Position numbers and translations under genes: made by a program
Assembly (NCBI GenBank): GCA_951406725.2
Contig: OX597837.1
Coordinates: 43,772,001-43,836,000, forward strand
Direction of reading: 5' to 3'
Source of the DNA: Octopus vulgaris
Taxonomy: Eukaryota
Length of the DNA: 64,000 bases
The notes under the pieces: model-generated
What the model was told of the DNA's origin: nothing
The model's database searches: none
The model's input: only the letters and a program-made list of their open reading frames with translations
In this document: positions 53,845 to 64,000 of the stretch, one piece after another
How the letters are laid out: every line of letters begins with the position of its first letter
Position numbering within the stretch: the first letter of the stretch is position 1

Positions 53845-55140
53845 AATGTATGTATGTATGTATTTGTAATACACGCTGGAATATATACATACATATATAT
53901 ATATATATATTTGTAATATACATATGTATCAATGTATATATATATATATACATATATGTATATATACACACATCCATATATATGTGTATATGTGTGCGTC
54001 TATATATTCATATGTACACACACATGCACACTCATACGTATATGTACATATACATATATATATATGTGTGTGTGTTTGTGCGTGTATATATATATATACA
54101 TACATACACTCGCATATTATATACATATATATACAGATTTATAGATATATATGAGTGTGTATGTGCACGTGTATGTGTGCGCAGTATAAAATGCCCGTAA
54201 CAATATTTTTCACTTTTGCACTTTAGTAGAAAGCAAAGAGAATGAGAATTCATTAGAATCCATTATAGAGTTGGCCTGATATCCGGACGTAAGCACTTTA
54301 CTTCGATGAATTCCACATAGAGAGCAAGCAAATAGCTGACGTTCACTGCAGTGATTGAGGTTGTTATGTTTAGCCTACTACTAAAATGAGGTCGCTAATG
54401 AGTTCGTTAAAATGCGATGCGTATATCATAAAGTTTAAAAAGAAAATAATAATAAAGTAAATTATACATGATATAAAATTCAATACAGAGTCCACACTTC
54501 GAAGCGTAAGTTGGTGCAGGTTTTCTGCATTAATTACCTTCAAATAACGACTGTCGCGTATAATTTTTTTTTTCCTTCTATCTGAGATCCTCGGGTGGTG
54601 AACCCGGTCATGGCTAATTTACACAGGATTTACACAGGATTTCTGTCCTTCTTTAGCAATTGTTATTTCCTATTTGCTTATCCCTGGAAAGTATAAAAAA
54701 AAGCTAATATTTCTGTGAAACTTTGCTTTTGTTACATTTTTTCAAGCCCCAACGAATCCCTTTCAACACATGGCTATAATGCTTCCCCAGTATTCCTGCT
54801 CATGATCAGAGATACACATATTGTCAGCCCCTAACGGACATGCTCATGGGGTTATGGTCAAGCATATCTGTGGTATTGTGTAGAATAATTTTTATAACGA
54901 TATTTCTGCTTCAGCAACTCAGCACTAAATCTCTCTGAAATGTAATGGAAAATAGGTCAGTTTCGAACATCTATTGTTGAAATGTAGATATCGTGATATT
55001 TGGGGAGGGTCATATTTTTCCAATTAAACACACGCACTATATATTTGGTTTTACTTCAGCTTCATTATTATTATTATTAATATTATTATTATTTTTATTA
55101 TTATTATTATTATTATAATTATTATTATTATTATTATTAA

Positions 55141-55350
55141 GGTGGTGAGGTGGCAGAATCGTTAGTGTGCTGGGAAAAATGCTTAGCGGCATTTCGTCCG
55201 TCTTCACGTTCTTAGTTCAAATTCCGCCTGGGTCGTCTTTGCCTTTTATTCTTTCGGGGTCGATAAAATAGGTACCAGTTACGCACTGGGTTGTTGAAAT
55301 TGACTAGCCTCTCCCCTCAGATTTCAAGTCTTCTGCCTATTGTAGAAAGG
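55141..55350 (+). mobile_element. SINE family B between (TTA)n tracts
   Basis: Family B head and core. Confidence 0.85.
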
Positions 55351-55351
55351 C

Positions 55352-55415
<64 letters not shown>

Positions 55416-55554
55416 GAAGCAAAAGAGAAGAAGAGTACCATTGTTATCAAGAGAACGATATTCCGACATTTTGTGTCTTCCACAGGTTCAAAAAGTTCGT
55501 GTGCCGTTTAAAAAAAAATGTATTTTTTACGCAAGAATTTATTCAAAAACAACA

Positions 55555-55850
55555 ATTGTTCTTAAAAAAAAAACATCGTTTTCCAAAATCTTCTTCAAGC
55601 GATCTGCCAGCTTTCAGATTTAGTCCAAGTACCAATCCTTTATTTTTTAATCGAAAAATTCTCGAAAGATTTTTTCAACTTCATCAAATGACTCAAATCG
55701 GTGACCTTTCATAAAGTGTTGCATTGATCGCAAGAGACTGTAGTCAGATGGAGCAACGTCCGGAATATAGGCTGGATGCGGCAGAAATTCCACACCGTTC
55801 AATTCTTCAATCTTGTTGCTGGTCTTTCTGGCGGTATGCAGCTTTGCATG
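55555..55850 (-). pseudogene. Mariner transposase C-terminal fragment
   Basis: AKLHTARKT...FLPHPAYIPDVAPSDYSLLRSMQHFMKG, a decayed HPPYSPDLAPSDY motif. Confidence 0.85.
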
Positions 55851-56580
55851 GTGGTGGTGGTGGTGATGGTGGTGATGGTACCGATGATGGTGATAATGAT
55901 GATTACGATGATGATGATGAGGAGGAGGAGGAGGAGGAGGAGGAGGAGGAGGAGGATGATGATGAGGAGGAGGAGGAGGAGGAGGAGGATAATGATTGTG
56001 AAAGAAGGAAACTAAACACCGTAAGGCATTTTGACACCATAATGGCACTACCAATCCACCATCAGTTTTTATCTGGCGCACTTTCAAACTTCTGCCATTT
56101 ATAGACCATTTCTCTCCTACGCTCTGCCGATCCTGCCATTCGACCGACATTTTGTTACCTAAACCCATCTTCCGCCGAATTACAACTGACATATAATCTC
56201 CATTCAGACATGAAATCCTGTCCGAGCATTGTTTCCTAAGAAATTATCATCTAGCAAAATTTATTTTCTTCATTTTAAGTGACAAATACACAAAACAAAA
56301 CGATGGGATTACTTTAAAATGTTGATGGCAATAATTTTATTTAATCATTTTTTTTTAATATTGTATCTCGAAGTCCATAATAGTGATGTAAATATTTGAT
56401 TAAAATCCCCTTTTATATATAAGACTGCCAGTGGGAATCGAAACCACGCCTCCTGTAAATATGACAGGAGTTATATCTCTGATCCAAAGCAATACTTAGA
56501 ATCTTTCTATCCAGTTTAGAAACTTACCAGCGAAAATTGTTGGTCGTTAACGCCATAATACTTATATTGTATTATTTATA

Positions 56581-56942
56581 GACGAAGTGCTTAGCGGTAC
56601 TTCGTCTGCTGCTACGTTCTGACTTCAAATTCCGCCGAGGTCGACTTTGCCTTTCATTCTTTTGGGGTCAATTAAATAAGTACCAGTTACGCACTGGGAT
56701 CGATGTAATCGACTTAATCCGTGTGTCTGTCCTTGTTTGTCCCCTCTGTGTTTAGCCCCTTGTGGGTAGTAAGGAAATAGGTATTTCGCTCGCCGCTACG
56801 TTCTGAGTTCAAATTCCACCGAGGTCGACTTTGCTTTTCATCATTTCGTCGTGGATAAAATTAGTACCAGTTACACACTGGGGTCAATGTAATCTACTTA
56901 ATCCCTTCCCCTAAATTTGAGGCCTTGTGCTTTCGGTAGAAA
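56581..56942 (+). mobile_element. SINE family B dimer
   Basis: Two GAGGTCGACTTTGC cores about 184 bp apart. Confidence 0.85.
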
Positions 56943-57002
56943 TGATTATTTATGGCCACTCTGCTTTGAGATATACTGATCCAAAATAATAATAATAATA
57001 AT

Positions 57003-57062
<60 letters not shown>

Positions 57063-57575
57063 TGATATGAGCATGTACCAAGTAAAGTTATGCAGGAGGA
57101 TGGAAAAGTAATGATACTCTGGGACTTTGATTTTCAGACGGATCGTGTAATCGAACGCCGTTGGCCGGATATTGTCATATTGAGTAAGAGAGACAAATAC
57201 TGTCAGATCATTGATGAAGCCATACCAAATGACATAAATGTTGTGAGTAAAGAGGTTGAAAAAAATCATTAATTACTCCGAATTGAAAGTGGAAATGGTA
57301 AGATTGTATGGAATGCGAGAGGGTGATGTAAAAGTGATACCAGTGGTGACCGGAGGGTTGGGTTCATTCAATGCCACTGAAACTTTAAAACTTCTTAAGG
57401 CAACTGGAAATCCCATGCAAGATTGATGTCTTATATAAAGCAGCCTTATTGGGCACAGCGCACATCCTAAGGAAAGTATTATCTGTCTGAGGTCCTTGTT
57501 GTGACTTGACAGATAACTAAAGAATCCGGTACATTTTTACCTTCACTGTGTTTCGAAGGAATAATAATAATAATA
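57063..57575 (+). mobile_element. R4/Dong-type non-LTR retrotransposon 3' fragment (restriction-like endonuclease)
   Basis: YEHVP...ILWDFDFQTDRVIERRWPDIVI...CQIIDEAIPND...KEVEK...VIPVVTGGLG...KAALLGTAHILRKVL*; (TAA)n on both sides. Confidence 0.85.
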
Positions 57576-57868
57576 ACAGCAACAACAATTTCTAATTTTT
57601 GTACAAGGCCAGTGGGTTCAGGGAAGTGAAATTCGATAGATAAAATCAGAGTCGAATTAGAACCGAGAACGATTCTGCTGCTAGCGCCATCTACTTCCTA
57701 GTTAAAACCGAGCTAGAGGCTGCTTAGTTCACAAATGAAATCCTGTCTGGGAATTGTCTTCTAAGATATTATCACCTAACAAGAGCTATTTCCTCCATTT
57801 TTAAGTGACAAATTCACAAGACAAAACCCATAGGGTCACTTAGTAATAATAACAATAATAATAATAAC

Positions 57869-57933
<65 letters not shown>

Positions 57934-58450
57934 CAACAGTAAAAATGGCGGTGATGCTGATAACATTAGCTACATATATCAATTATACTCTACTTTCAAT
58001 AGATCTGACTACTATGTTGCTAAATTAATACTTCTCATCCTCTTTTAAGTGCTAATGGACTTTTCTTGCGGTTGTCACTACATAATCTTGGAAATATCTA
58101 ATTAGCTTTGACTTGTAGCACGGCATTACGTTGATACCAAACGAAATCTGCCATTTCCAATCAGGGTTATCTTCTCCTTTAACACACTCTTACGTACGAA
58201 GACAGAAAAACACACTCAAAGACATCGTACCGAGCATGTTAGGCATAATGTTGTTGTCGAAAATGGCAACACTGATACGGTGGCACCGAGGTCGAGACAG
58301 GTCTTTTACGGTATTTACTGCGTTTGGCGAAGGAATTAAATTTACAAAATCATTTTCTCTCGTAGACAAGTATATAACAACACACCCGTCCATTCCCAAA
58401 CACGTTGACATATGTACTTGAATGCACGTGCACATACATACATAAACACA

Positions 58451-58550
<100 letters not shown>

Positions 58551-58717
58551 TACGTACGTACATACATACATGCGTACACATATACATATATATGTGCATA
58601 TATGTATGTGCGTATAAGAGTATATGAGTGTATGTGTGAGTATATATATGTGTATGCATATATACATATATATATATACATGTATACATATATACATATA
58701 TATATATACATGTATTC

Positions 58718-58759
<42 letters not shown>

Positions 58760-58783
58760 GAATACATATATACATATACATGC

Positions 58784-58819
<36 letters not shown>

Positions 58820-58862
58820 CTTTTATGTATATGTATATATATATATATATTTTATACATATG

Positions 58863-58936
<74 letters not shown>

Positions 58937-59506
58937 AATATATGTCCCTATATAAATAATTTATATATTTACTTATACACGTATGTATGTACGTATTTAT
59001 GTATGTATGTATGTATGTATGTATGTATGTATGTATGTACGTATGTATGTATGTATGTACGTATGCATGCATGCATCTACGTACGGCTATACATCCACAG
59101 ATGTTCCGACACACTGCCAAACACATAATATCCAATCCCGGCTGCTGTAATTACTTCTTTCCAAACTTCTCCCGCGTCGTCACATTTCCTTCTTCCATCG
59201 ATGTCGCTTCACATTGCGTTTGCGCAAAACAACACCAGCGCAACACACGCTGAATTCATGAATAGATTCATGCGTCTGTGTATAGCAACAGTAACTGCTA
59301 GTGGCCACGGTTAGTTACCGTTGTTCTCCTTGTTGTTGTTGTTGTTGTTGTTGTTGTTATTTTCTATTTGTTTGTTTATTTATTCGATTATTTCATTATA
59401 TGTGAAACCTCCCACACTTCATGTCTGTCTTTGTATTGTCTGCCCCACCTCATCCTGCGCCCTGGTGGTGAATGAAATTATTACTATTATCATTATTATT
59501 ATTATT

Positions 59507-59538
<32 letters not shown>

Positions 59539-59573
59539 TATTATTATTATTATTATTATTATTGTTATTGTTA

Positions 59574-59604
<31 letters not shown>

Positions 59605-59622
59605 CGTCGTCATCATTAATAA

Positions 59623-60348
59623 GGCGGCGAGCTGGCAGAAACGTTAGCACGCCCGGTGAAGTGCTTAGTGGTATTTTGTCTGTGGCTACGTTATGAGTTC
59701 AAATTTCACCGAGGTCGAATTTACCTTTCATCCTTTCGGGGACGATAAATCAAGTACCAGTTGAGCACTGGGTTTATCTAATCTACCTGCCCCTTCCCCC
59801 AAAATTTCAGCCCTTGTGCCTATGGTAGAAAGGAATATTATTGTTATTAGTATTATTATTATTATTATCATTATTATTTCTTTACTGCCCACAAGCGGCT
59901 ACTCACAGAGGGGTCAAACAAGGACAGACAAATGGATTAAATTGATTATATCGATCCCAGTGCGTAACTGGTACTTATTTAATCGACCCCGAAAGGATGA
60001 AAGGCAAAGTTGACCTCAGCAGAATTTGAAATCAGAACGTAACGGCAGACGAAATACCGTTCAGCATTTCGCCAGGCGTGCTAACGTTTCTGCCAGCTCG
60101 AAGCCTTATTATTATCATCATTATTATTATTAAGGCGGTGAGCTGGCAGATTCGTTAGCATGCCCGGCAAAATGCTTAGCGGTTTTCCTCCCATCGCTAC
60201 TTTATGAGTTCAAATTCCACCGAGGTCGATTTTGCCTTTCATCCATTCGGGGCCGATAAATTAAGTACCAGTGAAACACCGGGGTCGATGTGATCGATTG
60301 GCATCCCTCCCAACGAAAATTCAGCCCTTGTGCCTATAATATAAAGGA
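59623..60348. mobile_element. Three SINE B copies in +/-/+ orientation (59623-59833, 59875-60106, 60134-60348)
   Basis: Family B cores separated by (TTA)n. Confidence 0.85.
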
Positions 60349-60399
60349 TTATTATTATTATTATCATTATTATTATTTTAAGGCGGCGATGGGGCAGAA

Positions 60400-61185
60400 T
60401 CGTTTTCACGCCCTTCTGATAGCGGCCGGTTTCGGACCCGTTTTCAAAGGCTGGATCACTGAAATGCACAGCGGCACCTGCTCACTGGTCAAAGTAAGCG
60501 GTCACCTGTCGGAACCGTTTCGCATCGCAAGGTCGGTCCGTGAGGAGTGCCCGCTGTCACCTCTTCTCTACGTGCTGGCCCTCGAGCCTTTGCTGCAGAA
60601 GCTGGATCAGTTAAGTGACATCTCTTTCGAACTGGTACAAGGGACGGCAGTGTCGGTGTGGTCAGACAAGGCCACCGACATGGTACTGGATGTCACCCCT
60701 CTGAAGACGATAGGTACCATTCTAAGGGAATACGAGTCGGTTTCAGGGGTCAAAATCAACGCCGATAAGTCAGGGTGCTTGCAGCTCGGTACCTGGAAAG
60801 GCAGATGAATGCCGTCGGACGGTGTCTTGGGACATTGAACTGACGGACCAGCTAAAGTGGTCGGGGTCAGATTCGGTCCCGACCACGATGGAGATAAGAA
60901 CTTAGACGGGTTGACGAACAGGGTGGCCAGTCTTACTCATAAACGAGCAGAGAGGAGCCTTTTCCTAAAATGTTGGGCAAAGGTGGTGAATGCCTTCATT
61001 GCCGCAGTTATCACTTATTACCTGACTGTCGTACCTTGCCCCGGTTACTTTTTGACCAGGTTGGAGAGTTTAGCTTCTTGCGGAAGGGACGCGTTCCAGT
61101 AGTTAGGCGGTCAGGCTGCTGCCAGCACCCTCTGCGTGGCGGTTTAGGCATGCCGTGGCTTCTGATACGCAGACACGCACTCAAA
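60400..61185 (+). pseudogene. Tx1/L1-clade LINE reverse transcriptase fragment
   Basis: GFGPVFKGWI...SVREECPLSPLLYVLALEPLL (decayed RQGCPLSP)...YESVSGVKINADKS...QHPLRGGLGMP; YADD lost, with stops and frameshifts. Confidence 0.9.
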
Positions 61186-61741
61186 TTCCACGCTTCACAA
61201 ACACATGGACTCGGTTTAATTTCAGTGCACACCAACCTGAGTGAGTAGCTTCTTGTAAAGGCCCGGTCTGAACGCAAAAGTTGAAACGTGGCGAATTGGG
61301 GGAATTGTCAGAGCGTTGCAAAAAATACTTAGAATTATTTCTTTCGATTCCGTACCTTTTTGAGTTAAAATTCCAATATTTAATTTTAATCCTTTTGAGG
61401 TAGATAAACGAAGTACCATTCGATTACAGGAATCAATGTGCATTCATTTATGTGTGTGCGAATGTGTTTGTGTGTGTGTCTTTCCGTGTTTGTGTAGGTC
61501 TGTATGTCATCTGCTCTACTGTGACGTCACTATTGATTCAACGAATCTCCGTCGTGCGCACAAACACAATCAAAAATATCTAAGGAGCGTATGAATGGCT
61601 GAGATCGACTATGTATAGATAGATAAAGAGATAGATAGATACATACATACATACATACATACATACATACATACATACATTCATACATACATTCATACAT
61701 ACATACACACATACATTCATACATTGATAGAGTAACAGAGA

Positions 61742-61780
<39 letters not shown>

Positions 61781-62221
61781 CGATCGATCGATCGATCGTC
61801 TGATTGATAGTCAGACAGATATTGCACAGATTATTTTCATGCAGATAATTTCCAAAGAATTGTCGATATTCGAGTTTATGTTCGGTTGAAAAATGAAGGA
61901 AAGAAGATGATTTGTCTTGGAGAAAGATTCTTCGTTCGATTTTGATATCTAAAGAGAAAGATAAAATGCATTAAACAATGAAACTATCCAAGATGATCGA
62001 ACTGATCGATAATAGAAACCTAACCTGTCTCATTACATAACAAACTAATTGCAAATCCAATTTTTTAGATATTTTTTTCTAGATTTTTCATCAATTTTAT
62101 CGAACCGCTTCTGCTATAAATCAAGATTCTCGCCAATAAAGAAGAATTTAATTTTGAATATCACAAACATTAAAATTACCGTTTTTTTTCAATATTGTAT
62201 ATATGCATGTGAGTGTGTATG

Positions 62222-62293
<72 letters not shown>

Positions 62294-62829
62294 CATATAT
62301 ATATATATTTCGTTTTTGGATTAAAATAAAAATAAGAAATAAGTGGAAATCATAAGGCACAAAAAGAAAATGACTCTCCCCAGACACAACTAAATATATA
62401 TATATGCACGTATATGTATGTGTACAAGCATGTATGTATATATATTTATATATACTTATAGATATATATATATATACATACTCACACAAGTGTGTATGTG
62501 TACGTATGCATGTGTATATAATTTATATAATTATAACCAAAGACAAAGAAGTGAGCAGAATTTTTTTTATTTCTTTGATTTACAATTGTTTCCTCGAAAA
62601 TTGAACTCATGAGCCTTATTATAAATCAGTGAAATGAAAGAACTTGTTCACTCCATTCTCTTTGGTTATAATTGAAGATACTGTGGATTTTCGGGGCTTT
62701 TCAAACTTCTTTTTGATATAACATACAAATACCTGATTACCTGCTGTCTGATAGCCTGGATCCGTGGATGAGCTAATTACAGCTACTGTCAACACCCAAA
62801 TAAAATTACATGCACACGCCTACATATCG

Positions 62830-63162
62830 GGGACACCCTTCGGTCACGAATGACCATGGGATTGCACCTAGAAATTTACCCTGCGAGGCACAAGTCCGGG
62901 TAAGGTTGTTTATAGAAAGCCAGCAGTCGCCCATGAATACCGGCCTCCCCTCTTCACACCACCGATGTTATTCAAGGGAAAGGCAAAGGGGCCGATACAG
63001 CTTGGCACCAGTGATGTCGCAACTCATTTCTACAGCTGAGTAAACTGGAGCAACGTGAAATAAAGGGTCTTGCTCAAGAAGACAACACGCAGCCTCGTCC
63101 GGGATTCGAACTTCAACCTCACGGTCGTAAGTTCGATGCTCTAACCACTGAGCCATGCGCCT
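62830..63162 (-). mobile_element. tRNA-headed SINE related to family C with a different 3' body
   Basis: Minus strand GGCGCATGGCTCAGTGGTTAGAGC...GTTCGAATCC A/B boxes, CTTGAGCAAGAC core, distinct tail. Confidence 0.8.
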
Positions 63163-63714
63163 ACATATATGTGTGCGTATTTCTATGTATGTATGTATCT
63201 TATAGAGAGCGGGAGATCTTATGGCTTGCGCCCTTTCACTTTATGTTAAGTCTATACTAAAGGTCTTTTTTTTCAAAATCCCAAGGTATAATTTTCCACC
63301 CTACCATAAATATTACCCTCTTTCATATTTCATATTCCGCAACCCCAAATCTGAGATCTATAACCGTCGCTTCTAATAGGCGGTAGCTGGGTCCCGTGAA
63401 TTACCCATGTGGCTCCCACGCTACTTCAGTTGATGCAAACACCGTAAACCTGGAAAAACTAAGCTACTTTAGCAGCAGCAGCGTTAGCACCAATGTCCCT
63501 GGTATTAGAGTCATTAACAGCTGAAACCACGGTGAGGAAAATATGATCCATCTTCTTGACTTTTGTACAGCTGGAGATGATTTAAACCTACATTAAAATT
63601 CAGCTAATTATACCACCTCTATATTATCCAATGTCTAGCAATACCTCAAAGGCGACTGATTTGAATACTGATCTTCAAAGTGATGTTCTTAGACTTGAAA
63701 GCCTCCTGCATCTT

Positions 63715-63822
63715 GCAGCTCACCTGCAACGGACCGGCGTGACGTCCAAGTGGGGAACCTATACGCCAAGGAAACCGGGAAACCGGCCCTTATGAGCCAG
63801 GCGTGGATCGAGAAGGAACAAA
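63715..63822 (+). mobile_element. SINE family C 3' fragment
   Basis: CCTGCAACGGACCGGCGT...GAAACCGGGAAACCGGCCCTTATGAGCC. Confidence 0.7.
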
Positions 63823-64000
63823 CAATAGTTTCATATGTTGAGCTATATGGTTTGTGCTTGATGAATATATTTGAGGTATTCCTCAACATATGAAACTATT
63901 AATAACACATAAAAGCATGTATAAAATAACATATGTATATATATATATATATATATATAATATAATCGTGTGTTCGTATGTGTGTGCGTGTGTCTATGAG

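Noticed and set aside
63085-63162. tRNA gene (also 17008-17080 and the other SINE heads)
   Set aside because: A and B boxes are present, but there is no complete acceptor stem and the sequence continues into a SINE body.
63515-63590. Minus-strand terminal exon candidate GLNHLQLYKSQEDGSYFPHRGFSC*
   Set aside because: Weak acceptor, and a short open frame after an AG is expected by chance.

Overview
AT-rich, extremely microsatellite-rich animal genomic DNA, intronic or intergenic. The SINE families and (TA)n/(CA)n/(GATA)n/(TAA)n load resemble octopus (coleoid cephalopod) DNA; that assignment is an inference from remembered repeat sequences, not a database result. No intact protein-coding gene is visible, and almost all listed ORFs are microsatellite artefacts. 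The window holds three tRNA-derived SINE families (some in tandem arrays), decayed LINE fragments (CR1/L2 group, RTE, R4/Dong-type, Tx1/L1), Tc1/mariner remnants, MITEs, a hairpin-bearing ~210-bp tandem repeat, and many Penelope-like element (PLE) pieces. The main hidden signal is RNA structure. Folding by hand gives about 12 recognisable and 4-5 decayed type I hammerhead ribozyme motifs from roughly 10 sequence families, on both strands, mostly in short elements lodged in (TA)n tracts. They include recurrent core variants (CCGANGA, CUGUYGA), large structured insertions in stem II, and a ~439-nt unit with a terminal redundancy starting next to the cleavage site, as expected for a retrozyme/circular-RNA or PLE pseudo-LTR retrocopy. 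Cleavage activity and expression are untested.
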